Positions 47,343-58,000 of a stretch of 64,000 nt of DNA are shown here, in pieces (position 1 is the stretch's first letter; each line of letters opens with the position of its first letter). The notes below the pieces were generated by a model, which saw nothing but the letters and a program-made list of their open reading frames with translations, did no database searches and had not been told where the DNA came from. Source of the stretch: an uncultured Clostridia bacterium (GTDB lineage: Bacteria > Bacillota > Clostridia > TANB77 > CAG-508); NCBI GenBank assembly GCA_934182465.1, contig CAKPRG010000004.1:66529-130528 (forward strand). Reading direction: 5' to 3'. A program made the translations under genes and the position numbers.

Positions 47343-48764
47343 TCACATTCGATTGCTAACAATACCATTACTTGATTTAACAACATAGTCGTTTTCTTCT
47401 GGTCCGATACCAATGTATTTAATCGGTACTCCAACTTTTTCTTCAATAAATTCGATGTACTTTCGGCAATTTTCAGGAAGTTCTTCATAGCTCTTAGGTT
47501 TTCCTTCAATATTCCAACCTTTAAACATCTCATACTTTGGAAGAACATACTCAGTAGGATTCACTGGAATATAATCGATTACTTTTCTTTTATAAAAATA
47601 ACCAATGCATACCTCGATGCAATTGTCATTCATCAAACCTACTCGACCAATAGTATCAATGTGATTAATGCACAATTCAGTTACACTTGAAGTCATAATA
47701 GCTTCTTTTAACTGTACTAAATCAAGCCAACCAACATCTCTCGGTCTTCCAGTTGTTGTTCCATATTCGTATCCTTCTTCTCTAATCATCTCTCCTAGAG
47801 CACCTGTCTGTTTAGTTAAAAATGGTCCTGCTCCAACACGCGAACAATATGCTTTAAATACTCCGCATACTCTTTTAACGTACATTGGACCAATGCCAGC
47901 GCCAGATAACGCCCCCGAAGCATTAGGACTTGAGCTTGTACAAAACGGATAATCTCCATGGTCAATGTCTAGGGAATGAGCCTGTGCCCCTTCAATTACA
48001 ATTTCCTCGCCATTATTAATAGCATCCCAGATTATATGCTGAACATCTGCATGATATTCCTCTAAATATTCTCTGTATTTTTTGCACAATTTCATTATTT
48101 CTGGCACTTTGTATTTGTGAAACCCTAGATCTTCTTCAACCTGTTGACCTTTAATTTTCTTAACAATTCTAATTGGAATTGTTAATATTCTTTTTCGCCT
48201 GTACTGCCCAAAAAGAATATTTGGAATTTTTATAGCTTCCTTAATCTTTTTTTCAAGTACATAATCTGAAAGATATAAATCTCCAACTCTTATTCCTACT
48301 CGGTTCATTTTATCTGCATAACATGGACCTATCCCTCTTTTAGTAGTTCCTATCTTTTCTTCTTTAATATACTCTTGATATAAATCCATATCTTTCGTAT
48401 ATGGAAAAATCACATGAGCACGATTACTTACTAAAAGTTTTTCACTACTAATAGGAATCCATTGTTCTCTCATTTTCTCGATTTCGTCATTAAACACTTC
48501 AGGATCAATAACAACACCTGAACAAATGATGCTTAAGACATCAGAGCGTACAATGGAAGATGGCAATAAATGTACTGTAAACATTTGTCTATCTACAACA
48601 ACTGTATGACCTGCATTATTACCACCAGTCGTCCTTAAAACAAACTTTGCATTTTTTGAAAAAATGTGAGCATATTTTCCTTTGCCCTCATCTCCCCATT
48701 GTAATCCAATTACTTCTGTTACACACCGATGTTCTTCTTTAAAGTTACAAATTTTCTTTTCCAT
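47343..48764 (-). CDS. purA: Adenylosuccinate synthetase
   Basis: QWGDEGKGKY P-loop, GGNNAGHTVVV, GTTKRGIGPCY; N-terminal ~20-aa extension relative to typical PurA. Confidence 0.9.
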   Translation of the reverse strand: MEKKICNFKEEHRCVTEVIGLQWGDEGKGKYAHIFSKNAKFVLRTTGGNNAGHTVVVDRQMFTVHLLPSSIVRSDVLSIICSGVVIDPEVFNDEIEKMREQWIPISSEKLLVSNRAHVIFPYTKDMDLYQEYIKEEKIGTTKRGIGPCYADKMNRVGIRVGDLYLSDYVLEKKIKEAIKIPNILFGQYRRKRILTIPIRIVKKIKGQQVEEDLGFHKYKVPEIMKLCKKYREYLEEYHADVQHIIWDAINNGEEIVIEGAQAHSLDIDHGDYPFCTSSSPNASGALSGAGIGPMYVKRVCGVFKAYCSRVGAGPFLTKQTGALGEMIREEGYEYGTTTGRPRDVGWLDLVQLKEAIMTSSVTELCINHIDTIGRVGLMNDNCIEVCIGYFYKRKVIDYIPVNPTEYVLPKYEMFKGWNIEGKPKSYEELPENCRKYIEFIEEKVGVPIKYIGIGPEENDYVVKSSNGIVSNRM

Positions 48765-48868
48765 AGGTTAGCCCTTTCTTTGATAAAACATTATACTCTA
48801 AACAATTGGTTACTGAGTTACATAAAAAACTTACCAAATAATTATAGCATATTTTTCAGACAAAAACA

Positions 48869-48902
48869 ATGGAAAGTGCTTAAATAAAACACTTTCCTTA
48901 AT
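48869..48902 (-). terminator. serS terminator
   Basis: ggaaagtg/cactttcc hairpin followed by U-rich tract on minus strand. Confidence 0.5.
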
Positions 48903-48955
48903 TCTTAACATATAAAATTTATATTTTGTTTTTTAATATTTTTATATAATCTAAA

Positions 48956-50242
48956 TTATTCTTTTGGTTTAATTACTTCTGTTCCACCCATATAAGGTTG
49001 TAATGCTTTTGGAACTTTTATACTTCCATCTTCTTGATAATTGTTTTCTAATACAGCTATTAATCCTCTTGGTGTAGCTAGAACAGTATTATTTAAAGTA
49101 GAAACTAAATAATTTCCTTTTTCACCTTTTGCACGAATGCTTAATCTTCTAGCTTGCGCATCTCCTAATGTAGAACAACTTCCAACTTCAAAATATTTCT
49201 TTTGACGTGGACTCCATGCTTCAACATCACAAGATTTTACTTTTAAATCAGCTAAATCTCCACTGCAACATTCAAGAGTTCTTACTGGTACATCTAGACT
49301 TCTAAAAAATTCAACTGTGTATTTCCACATTTTGTTGTACCATTCCATTGCATCTTCTGCTTTACAAATTACAATCATTTCTTCTTTTTCAAATTGATGT
49401 ACTCTGTATAATCCTCTTTCTTCTATTCCATGTGAACCTACTTCTTTTCTAAAACATGGAGAATATGATGTTAAACATAAAGGTAATTCTTTTTCTTGTA
49501 TAATTTGTCCTTTAAATTTTCCTATCATTGAATGTTCTGATGTTCCAATTAAATATAAATCTTCTCCTTCAATTTTGTACATCATAGCATCCATTTCTTC
49601 AAAACTCATTACTCCATTTACTACATCACTACGAATCATAAATGGTGGTATACAATAAGTAAATCCTTTGTTTATCATAAAGTCTCTAGCATAAGCAAGC
49701 ATTGCTGAATGAAGTCTTGCTGCATCTCCCATTAAATAATAAAATCCGTTTCCACTTGTTCTTCCGGCACTTTCTTTATCTAATCCATTTATTTTTGCTA
49801 AAATATCTGCATGATGTGGAATTTCATATTCTGGAACTACTGGATCTCCAAATTTTTCATTTTCTACATTTTCACTATCATCTTTTCCAACAGGTACAGA
49901 TTCATCCATTATGTTTGGTATTTTCATCATACGAGCTTTTATTTCTTCTTTTAATTCTTCTTCTCTACCTTCGTTTTGAGATAATTTTTCATTAATTTCT
50001 TGAACTTCTGCTTTTTTAGCTTCTGCCTCTTCTTTTTTTCCTTGTCCCATAAGCCCACCGATTTCTTTGCTTATAGAATTTCTTTTCATACGAAGTTCAT
50101 CACACATTAAAGTTAATTCCCTTGATTCTTTGTCTAATTTTATAACTTCATCTACTAATGGAAGTTTTTGATCTTGAAATTTCTTTTTAATATTTTCTTT
50201 TACTATTTCTGGATTTTCTCTTAAAAATTTTATATCTATCAT
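48956..50242 (-). CDS. serS: Serine--tRNA ligase
   Basis: N-terminal coiled-coil arm, class II motifs; 428 aa. Confidence 0.95.
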   Translation of the reverse strand: MIDIKFLRENPEIVKENIKKKFQDQKLPLVDEVIKLDKESRELTLMCDELRMKRNSISKEIGGLMGQGKKEEAEAKKAEVQEINEKLSQNEGREEELKEEIKARMMKIPNIMDESVPVGKDDSENVENEKFGDPVVPEYEIPHHADILAKINGLDKESAGRTSGNGFYYLMGDAARLHSAMLAYARDFMINKGFTYCIPPFMIRSDVVNGVMSFEEMDAMMYKIEGEDLYLIGTSEHSMIGKFKGQIIQEKELPLCLTSYSPCFRKEVGSHGIEERGLYRVHQFEKEEMIVICKAEDAMEWYNKMWKYTVEFFRSLDVPVRTLECCSGDLADLKVKSCDVEAWSPRQKKYFEVGSCSTLGDAQARRLSIRAKGEKGNYLVSTLNNTVLATPRGLIAVLENNYQEDGSIKVPKALQPYMGGTEVIKPKE

Positions 50243-50271
50243 TTTTATTTTCCCCCTATTATTTTTTTGTA

Positions 50272-50514
50272 TTATTCTTCAATTAATTCAAATCTATGTT
50301 TTTGACCAGTTGTATTTCCTGCTTTTTGGCTTACATCTGTTTCTTCTATAAACATTGCTTCTGGTCTTGCCCATAATTCATCTGTACCTAAATGTTTATA
50401 TATTACTAAATTTTCTAAAGTTTCCGAATGTTTTGCAATTCCTATAACTTCTACTTTGTGTCCTTTAAAATGTTGATATTTTTTTCCTACTTCTACTTTT
50501 TTCATACTAAACAT
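50272..50514 (-). CDS. DUF1653 family protein
   Basis: KYQHFKGHKVEVIGIAKHSETLENLVIYKHL…WARPEAMF matches DUF1653. Confidence 0.6.
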   Translation of the reverse strand: MFSMKKVEVGKKYQHFKGHKVEVIGIAKHSETLENLVIYKHLGTDELWARPEAMFIEETDVSQKAGNTTGQKHRFELIEE

Positions 50515-50528
50515 TCCTTTCTTATAAC

Positions 50529-50745
50529 AAAAAAGCCCTTATGCATCTCTACATAAGGGCGAATAATCTTTTTTCGCGGTACCACCTTGATTTATCTCTT
50601 TAATTTGCTATAACCTGCAACAACTCGGTCTAGTTTTGCTAGAAATATCTTAAGAGTAGATTTCGTAAATTCTTTTTTCTGTTTTCACCAACCACAGACT
50701 CTCTATAAAAAGATTTTTTACTACTTAGTTCTTAATTAACATTTT
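50529..50745 (-). promoter_or_regulatory. T-box riboswitch leader controlling DUF1653-serS operon
   Basis: Minus-strand aaatcaaGGTGGTACCGCGaaaaaag T-box sequence, followed by terminator gcccttatg…cataagggc + U6 (50529-50562). Confidence 0.75.
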
Positions 50746-50839
50746 TATTTTTATTTTTCTTTCTGTTATCTGATTGATATTCATATTATATCACAAATAA
50801 TAAAAAAGTAAACTATTAATTTAAAATAATTTGTTTACT

Positions 50840-51019
50840 TTATTTTTCTATTTTAGAAACGATCATTTTTAAAGCTTTTTCTCTTGGTAGCATTATTGTA
50901 TGTTCACAACCTGTACATTTTAATTTAAAATCAACACCTACTCTAGTTATCTCCCATATTTTACTACCACATGGATGTTGTTTTTTAGTTTTTACTCTAT
51001 CTCCTACTTTATATTCCAT
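50840..51019 (-). CDS. DUF951 (YyzM-like) small protein, 59 aa, below ORF-track cutoff
   Basis: MEYKVGDRVKTKKQHPCGSKIWEITRVGVDFKLKCTGCEHTIMLPREKALKMIV matches DUF951 pattern. Confidence 0.6.
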   Translation of the reverse strand: MEYKVGDRVKTKKQHPCGSKIWEITRVGVDFKLKCTGCEHTIMLPREKALKMIVSKIEK

Positions 51020-51119
51020 TTTATGTTCAAAATAACCTTTCTATTTTGCTATTGTGGCAAAGCCACTTGCCCCGCAAGGCAAGCAACTTCTTTTCAATAG
51101 ATCCAGATTCCTTCTCTTT

Positions 51120-51473
51120 CTAAAGATTGTCAAATTCTTTCGAAGGATTGTGTTTGAAATCTTGGATAATTTCCCTCACTACATTCAATCTGTCAATTTT
51201 GACAGTTAGAGATTCTCGGTAAGGAGATGTTGTAGCATTGAGACAAACCTTCACGTAAATCTGAAATTCGCTATGGATCTGTGGTGTTCTGCCGTTTTTA
51301 AACAGTTCAAAAATACGATCCACAAATTCGTCTTCCGTCATCTTGTTTTTACGAGCTTGTCTTTTTATGCCACCGCACGAATCTACAATCCGAAGTCGGA
51401 ATGCAATGCCTCTCTCGTAGGTTTCTTTTTCTGATAATTTTCGACTGTAAATCTTCTTTTTAGTTCCAATCAT
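51120..51473 (-). CDS. Hypothetical 117-aa protein in GC-elevated patch
   Basis: ORF with GC ~40% against ~25% background; no family recognised. Confidence 0.4.
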   Translation of the reverse strand: MIGTKKKIYSRKLSEKETYERGIAFRLRIVDSCGGIKRQARKNKMTEDEFVDRIFELFKNGRTPQIHSEFQIYVKVCLNATTSPYRESLTVKIDRLNVVREIIQDFKHNPSKEFDNL

Positions 51474-51640
51474 AAAATCTAACCTCCCTTGAAACTGCTA
51501 AAAATTAAGTTTACATATTAATTATATCATAAAAATCTACCCTGAACAAGAAATTTTGTCCTGTGTTAGAAAATTTCTCTTTCTTTTAAAAATTTTGTTA
51601 ACTTTTTTAAGTTTTGTATAAGATAAATTATATAAATTAA

Positions 51641-53272
51641 TTAAATTCTTTTTAATAATCTTTCTTTTCCAATTACTTGCATTATTTCATATAAATCTGG
51701 TGTATTACATCTTCCTGTTAATTTAACTCTAATTACAGTACTAATGTCTCCAACATGACCTTTATATGCTTCTGGGTTTGTTTTGTATTCTTTAACTTCT
51801 CTAGCATATCCCATTTCTTCTGATAAATCTTTCATTTTGTTAAACCATGTTTGTTTATCATCATTTTCATCATAATATTTTTCAAAATAAGTTTTAACAA
51901 TTTTTTCGATTTCATCTTTGTCTGTTATTTTTTGATATTCAAATTCACCGTTTTTGTCAAATTTTTCATCATACATATAATAAATTATATTTTTTACATC
52001 AGACCATTTTGCAATATCTTTTCTTGGTTTTGCATTTCCTCTTTCAATACCTAAAACTTTTAAAGCATAATCTTTGTCTTTAAGCATCTCTGCAAGTTCT
52101 TCATCAAATTTACTTGCCCAAGTATATGTAGCATCATATACTTCTTCTGCTGTAAATTTTGATATTATTCCTTTAGATACATCTAAAAGTTTTACCATAT
52201 CAAATAAAGCTCCACTAACTCCCATTTTGTTTAGTTTGAAATCAAAATCTTTCATCATATCTTTATCTGGATTTTGTTTTCTCCAAATTTCAAAGTTAGA
52301 ATTTGCAATATTCATTAAATATTCTTTTAAAGCTTCTTTTGGTATACCTTCTTTTGTATAGTAACTAACAGCAGCTTCTGGATCTTTTCTTTTACTTAAT
52401 TTACGTTTTGTATCTCCTTCACGTTTTTCTAATGGAGCTGTATGCGCAAATTTTGGTGTTTTAAATCCTAATACTCTAAATAATTGTAAATGTAAAGGTA
52501 CAGATGCTACCCATTCATCACTACGAGTAACTATTGTTGTATGCATTAAATGATCATCTACTGCGTGTGCAAAATGATATGTTGGTAAACCATCAGATTT
52601 GATAATAACAATATCTTGATCATTTTCTGGAAAATCTATATTTCCTTTTATTACATCTTTGTGTTTAATTTTTTTGTCTGGATTTCCTGGTGATTTGAAT
52701 CTAATTATGTAAGGAACTCCAGCTTTTATTTTTTCTGCTGCCATATCGATAGGCATATTTCTACATTTTGCCCATTTTCCATAATATCCTGTTCTTTCTT
52801 GTGCTTTAGTTTGATTTTCTCTAATTTGATCTAATTCTTCTGGAGAGCAAAAACATGGATATGCATTTCCTTCTTCAAGTAATTTTTTTGCATAAGATTG
52901 ATATATTTCTTTTCTTTCACTTTGAACATAAGGACCATAATTTCCTTTTCCTACTGTTTCGTCTGGATATAAATCGTAATCTTTGTATGCTCCTAATATT
53001 TCTTCTACACCGTTTTCAATTTTTCTTTTTTGATCAGTATCTTCAATTCTTACAAAAAATACACCATTTGTTTGTTCTGCAATTTTTTTAGCTATTAATC
53101 CTTGAAAAATACCACCTACATGTATAAATCCTGTTGGACTTGGAGCAACTCTAACAACTTCTGCTCCTTCTGGTAAATCTCTTTCTGGATATTTTTCTTC
53201 ATAATAATTATAATCTTTCGCATCCGGAAAAATTAAATTTGCTAATTCTTTATTATCCATATTAAACTCCAT
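51641..53272 (-). CDS. gltX: Glutamate--tRNA ligase
   Basis: PSPTGFIHVG HIGH-type motif, IEDTDQKR, KLSKRK (KMSKS). Confidence 0.9.
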   Translation of the reverse strand: MEFNMDNKELANLIFPDAKDYNYYEEKYPERDLPEGAEVVRVAPSPTGFIHVGGIFQGLIAKKIAEQTNGVFFVRIEDTDQKRKIENGVEEILGAYKDYDLYPDETVGKGNYGPYVQSERKEIYQSYAKKLLEEGNAYPCFCSPEELDQIRENQTKAQERTGYYGKWAKCRNMPIDMAAEKIKAGVPYIIRFKSPGNPDKKIKHKDVIKGNIDFPENDQDIVIIKSDGLPTYHFAHAVDDHLMHTTIVTRSDEWVASVPLHLQLFRVLGFKTPKFAHTAPLEKREGDTKRKLSKRKDPEAAVSYYTKEGIPKEALKEYLMNIANSNFEIWRKQNPDKDMMKDFDFKLNKMGVSGALFDMVKLLDVSKGIISKFTAEEVYDATYTWASKFDEELAEMLKDKDYALKVLGIERGNAKPRKDIAKWSDVKNIIYYMYDEKFDKNGEFEYQKITDKDEIEKIVKTYFEKYYDENDDKQTWFNKMKDLSEEMGYAREVKEYKTNPEAYKGHVGDISTVIRVKLTGRCNTPDLYEIMQVIGKERLLKRI

Positions 53273-53698
53273 CCCTTTCTTGCTTTCCTGAAAAGCACAA
53301 ATAGTAAGGAAAATTTTATTCCAAACTATTTGTTTCTTATATTCATCTTTATTTTAAGTTTTTGTATTATATCATATTTAATTTAATTTGAAAAGTGTTT
53401 CACTCTTTTAATCCAATTTTTCTTTTTAAAACTTGCTTTTTCTCGTACAAGTTGCATTTACTTTACAGAATTGCATTTAATTTTTCACTTAACGTTTTTC
53501 TTTTTAATATTTATATATTATTAACAATTCCTTTTAAACTACAACTATATAGCAAATCATAATTATTTTTTACATAAATTTTTAATTATTTTATTAAAAA
53601 TATTATATTGTTATATTATTAAAAATAACCAAAAACTAACAAAAAGGTAACAAAAAAGTAATACCAAGTTTTGAATAGCTTGGTATTACTGCATTTCA

Positions 53699-55732
53699 TT
53701 AAACTTCCATAATAATTGGTAAAATCATAGGATTTCTTTTTGTTGTTTTGTATATATATTCTCTTAAATTATCTTTTATTGTTGATTTAATACTTGCCCA
53801 ATCTGTAATGTGTTCATCAACACATTTTTGAACTTGGTAACCAATAACAGATTTTACATCATCCATTAAGTTTTCAGATTCTCTTACATATACAAATCCT
53901 CTAGAAATTATATCTGGTCCAGCTATTACTTCACCTGTTGCAGAATCCATTGTTAAAACAACAATTATTAAGCCATCTTGTGATAAATGTTGTCTATCTC
54001 TTAAAACTATGTTTCCTACATCTCCAACGCCTAGACCATCTACCATAACTTTTCCAAATGGTACTGTGCCTGTAAGTTTAGCTTCATCTTGATTCATTTC
54101 CAAAATTCTTCCATTTGTTAATAAAAAGATATTTTTATTATCATAACCTAATGATTTTGCTGTCTCACTATGTGCTATTAATTGTCTATATTCTCCATGT
54201 ACTGGAACAAAATATTTTGGTCTTACTAAAGAAAGCATTAATTTTTGTTCTTCTTGGCAAGCATGTCCTGAAACATGGACATCTGCTAAAGCACTATATA
54301 CTACTTCTGCTCCGATTTTCATTAAATCATCAATTACTTTTGCAACATATTTTTCATTTCCTGGAATAGGAGTTGCTGAAATAATTACTAAGTCATTTGC
54401 AGTAATATTTACTTTCTTGTGTTCTCCATTTGCCATACGAGTTAATGCAGACATTGCTTCACCTTGACTACCTGTTGTAATTATAACAAGTTGATCATCT
54501 GTATAATTTTTTACCATGTCTATATCGATAAAAACATTTTTTGGAACATTTATATATCCTAATTCAATTGCTGTTTCTATCATATTAATCATACTTCTAC
54601 CACATACAGCAATTTTTCTATTGTTTTCCACAGCTGCATCAACAATTTGTTGAACTCTATGCACATTTGATGCAAATGTTGCAACTACAATTCTTTTTTT
54701 ACAATTAAAGAATAATTTATCAAATACTTCTCCAACTGTACTTTCAGACATTGTGTATCCTTTTCTTTCTGAGTTTGTACTATCTGATAATAAAGCTAAA
54801 ACTCCTTTATTTCCAAGTTCTGCTAAACGACCTAAATCTATTCTTGCATCATCAATTGGTGTATAGTCTATTTTGAAATCACCAGTATGAACAACAGTAC
54901 CAACTGGTGTATGAATAGCTAATGCAACTGCATCTGGAATACTATGTGAACTTCTTATAAATTCAACTCTCATCTTTCCAAGTACAATAGTTTGACCTTG
55001 TTTTACAACTTTTAGTCTTGTTATTTCTTTTAAATGATGTTCTTCTAATTTATTTTCGATTAAACCTGCTGTCAATTTTGTAGCATAAATTGGTATATCT
55101 CCTAATTCTTTTATAAAATAAGGAATAGAGCCAATATGATCTTCATGTCCATGAGTTATTACTAATCCTCTAATTTTTTCTCTATTTTTTACTAAATAAG
55201 TAAAATCTGGAATTACTAAATCTATTCCAAGCATATCATCTTCTGGGAATGATACACCACAATCTACTATTACAATATCATTTCCATATTCAAAAACAGT
55301 TATGTTTTTTCCTATTTCTTGAATTCCACCTAAAGGTATAATTTTTAAATGATCTTTTTTGAATCCAACTTCCTCTTGGGCGCCAACTAAATCTTTTTTG
55401 TTCTTTCTTGTTGTTCTTGTTTTATTAGTATTTTTGTTAGTATTTTGATTTCTTGTCTTTCTAGTTGTCTTTTTAGTATTTTTGTTTTCTGTTTCATTAT
55501 TGTTTTCTACTTTGATTTCTATATTTTCTTTTAATTCCTTTGTTGATTCAGCTACAACTGCATTCTCCTTATTTCTTGTGTTTGTTTTAGTATTTGTATT
55601 TCCAGCAGTTCCCCTTCTTTTCCTTGTTGTTCTATTTATTGTTGGTTTAAAATTTGTTCTAGTTCTAGTTTTCTTATCTTTTGAAAACACTGCATCTGTA
55701 TATTGAACTTCTGATTTTGTATTGTTATCCAT
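53699..55732 (-). CDS. rnj: Ribonuclease J (metallo-beta-lactamase/beta-CASP) with ~120-aa basic low-complexity N-terminal extension
   Basis: LKIIPLGGIQEIGKNITVFEY…HGHEDHIG motif; N-terminus rich in K/T/N/R repeats (TRKTRNQNTNKNTNKTRTTRKNKK). Confidence 0.9.
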   Translation of the reverse strand: MDNNTKSEVQYTDAVFSKDKKTRTRTNFKPTINRTTRKRRGTAGNTNTKTNTRNKENAVVAESTKELKENIEIKVENNNETENKNTKKTTRKTRNQNTNKNTNKTRTTRKNKKDLVGAQEEVGFKKDHLKIIPLGGIQEIGKNITVFEYGNDIVIVDCGVSFPEDDMLGIDLVIPDFTYLVKNREKIRGLVITHGHEDHIGSIPYFIKELGDIPIYATKLTAGLIENKLEEHHLKEITRLKVVKQGQTIVLGKMRVEFIRSSHSIPDAVALAIHTPVGTVVHTGDFKIDYTPIDDARIDLGRLAELGNKGVLALLSDSTNSERKGYTMSESTVGEVFDKLFFNCKKRIVVATFASNVHRVQQIVDAAVENNRKIAVCGRSMINMIETAIELGYINVPKNVFIDIDMVKNYTDDQLVIITTGSQGEAMSALTRMANGEHKKVNITANDLVIISATPIPGNEKYVAKVIDDLMKIGAEVVYSALADVHVSGHACQEEQKLMLSLVRPKYFVPVHGEYRQLIAHSETAKSLGYDNKNIFLLTNGRILEMNQDEAKLTGTVPFGKVMVDGLGVGDVGNIVLRDRQHLSQDGLIIVVLTMDSATGEVIAGPDIISRGFVYVRESENLMDDVKSVIGYQVQKCVDEHITDWASIKSTIKDNLREYIYKTTKRNPMILPIIMEV

Positions 55733-56257
55733 ATATCAAATTTGCAATTTTACTCTTTATTTTTATTACATTTTATTTTTTATTTTCTCATTCTCTTATA
55801 GTAAAATTGCTCTCCTTTCTTTATTTTTTATCGCATAAAAAAATAGCTTAATTTTATTAAACTATTCGAAAATTAATACTTTTTGGAATTATTAAAAGAC
55901 TATTAAATTTAGCTTATATTTTTATAATTTAGCTAAATTTTAATATTGATAAAATAAATATAAATACAAATATTCTATTTGTGTATCTTATATTTTATGA
56001 TTTACAATTTTATGTTTTATATTCAATATTTTGTTTATTATTTTTTAATTTTAAACCGTTTACACACCTTTAATATAAATATACCCTTGTCTCTTTTCTT
56101 TTATATTAATTAACGATTTACTATTCCGTTTCCGTACTGTTTATTTTTAATAATTTACTAATTAATTTTCCGAACAATTTGTTAATAAATTTTTTTAAAT
56201 CTCTTTTTATACTGTTTGGTATTATACACTATTTTTTCATTATTGTCAAATAAAAAG

Positions 56258-56290
56258 AAAAACCCCGTATTAGCTACGGGGAAAAACGAT
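56258..56290 (-). terminator. Terminator after 124-aa ORF
   Basis: ccccgta-ttagc-tacgggg hairpin + U-run on minus strand. Confidence 0.6.
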
Positions 56291-56344
56291 CTTTTTGATT
56301 CAAATTTCGAGAATCTTAATAGAAGTCGTTTTTTGAGGTTTTAG

Positions 56345-56719
56345 TTAAGCTGCAAACTCAACAGTAAAGTCGAGAATCGGTTCGAAACGCAATTCCGTGT
56401 CAATTTCCATCCAAAGATTATGTCGATAAGACATATACATTCGAAATAAGATGCCAAAAGCATTTCCATCAGAGTTCTCAAGGATCACCTTATAGCGATG
56501 TGCTTTCACCTTGGTAACATTCAGCGAAGTTCCATGCTTTTTGTAACATTCCAGAGTTTCCAGAAAATCGTCCTCAAAAGACGAGTTAACAGAGTTAAAC
56601 TCGACTTCGAAAGCTTTAATTTCTGTACAATTTCGTGCATGTGCAATGTTTTCTGGCTTTCTGGTAATTCCGATGAATTTTACTTCTTTCCGTTCTTTGC
56701 TGCTTTTCATTATGTGCAT
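56345..56719 (-). CDS. Hypothetical 124-aa protein in GC-elevated patch
   Basis: ORF with higher GC than flanks, own terminator; no family recognised. Confidence 0.4.
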   Translation of the reverse strand: MHIMKSSKERKEVKFIGITRKPENIAHARNCTEIKAFEVEFNSVNSSFEDDFLETLECYKKHGTSLNVTKVKAHRYKVILENSDGNAFGILFRMYMSYRHNLWMEIDTELRFEPILDFTVEFAA

Positions 56720-56912
56720 AATACTACCTCCATGTAAATAAAAAAATTTATACCTACATTTTTATTATACCATATTATGTAAATAAAATCAATTTTTTAA
56801 ATTCCACTTTTTTACACTTATAATTATAATTCCAAATTATACTAAAATAGTGCTATATCTTTATCATAACATAGCACTATTCGTTTCATTATTTTAATTT
56901 TAAATTATATTT

Positions 56913-57821
56913 TTATTCAATAATTGTTGCTCCTATAATACCAGCATCATTATTGTATTCTGCTGTACAAAATTCTGGCTTTGCTGAATTGAAAGTTGCA
57001 TTTGGTTCCATTATTTCACTAATTAATTGTTTGTATAATGCTGTCTCTTTCCAATATGCAAAACTTCCTCCAAAGCACACAACTTCCGGTTCAAATATAT
57101 CTATATAATTGCATATTCCTGTTTTTAAATATTCTATATATGTATGTATATCTTGTAAAACTTTTTCTCTATTGGCAGGAATAATTTTTTCTCTTAATTC
57201 TTGTCCAGATATATCACTATCTATATCTAATGTTTCTGAAATTTTTAGTCTTAAAGCTTTTATAGATGCATAAGCTTCCAAGCAACCTTGTTTTCCGCAA
57301 CTACATTGTCTACCACCTTTATTTACAACCATATGTCCTAATTCAAACCCAGAAAATCTTTTTGGCTCCAGCAATTTTCCTCTCATAAAAACTGCTCCAC
57401 CAATTCCTGTCCCTATATTTATAAATACACAATCATCATATTTTTTCATTGCACCATATTTTTTCTCTGCAAGAGCAGCACATTTTCCATCATTTCTAAT
57501 ATAAATTGGTATATTAAAATTTTCTTTTAAAGCTCCTACTAAATTAAAATCTTTAATATTTAAATTTCCTGCTTTTACAATATATCCATTTGAAATTGTT
57601 CCTGGTGATGCAATTCCTATAAGCTCAATTTGTTCAATTTGTACATTATTTTCTACTAGTAATTCATTTATCATTCTAGTAATTTCTTTTACAATGCTTT
57701 CTTCAATATTTACTCTGTCTTGTCTTGTTAAAATTTTATCTTTTGTATTTCCAATTATTTTATCTTCTTCAATTAGTCCAACTCCTATATGACTTCCACC
57801 TAAATCTACACCTATTCTCAT
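56913..57821 (-). CDS. ROK-family sugar kinase (glucokinase-like)
   Basis: MRIGVDLGGSHIGVGL N-terminal ATP motif; CSCGKQGCLEAYAS zinc motif. Confidence 0.85.
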   Translation of the reverse strand: MRIGVDLGGSHIGVGLIEEDKIIGNTKDKILTRQDRVNIEESIVKEITRMINELLVENNVQIEQIELIGIASPGTISNGYIVKAGNLNIKDFNLVGALKENFNIPIYIRNDGKCAALAEKKYGAMKKYDDCVFINIGTGIGGAVFMRGKLLEPKRFSGFELGHMVVNKGGRQCSCGKQGCLEAYASIKALRLKISETLDIDSDISGQELREKIIPANREKVLQDIHTYIEYLKTGICNYIDIFEPEVVCFGGSFAYWKETALYKQLISEIMEPNATFNSAKPEFCTAEYNNDAGIIGATIIE

Positions 57822-58000
57822 AATATATATTTGCTTGTTTTTATATAATTCAAGCTCTCCTTTTCTTTTGAATTATTTGCTTAAATTATATATTTTGATG
57901 TATAAAAAGTCAAACTTAAATCATTTAAAAACTAATTCACTTTTTCAATATATGTGTTATAATACTTACAATATATTACATTATAAATTAGGAGAAAATT

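Noticed and set aside
47282-47548. 88-aa minus-strand ORF from the track
   Set aside because: It lies entirely inside the purA 3' region in another frame and has no RBS or motif, so it is a spurious overlap.
53273-53698. Possible T-box upstream of gltX
   Set aside because: No GGUGGUACCGCG T-box sequence or terminator/antiterminator pair was found.
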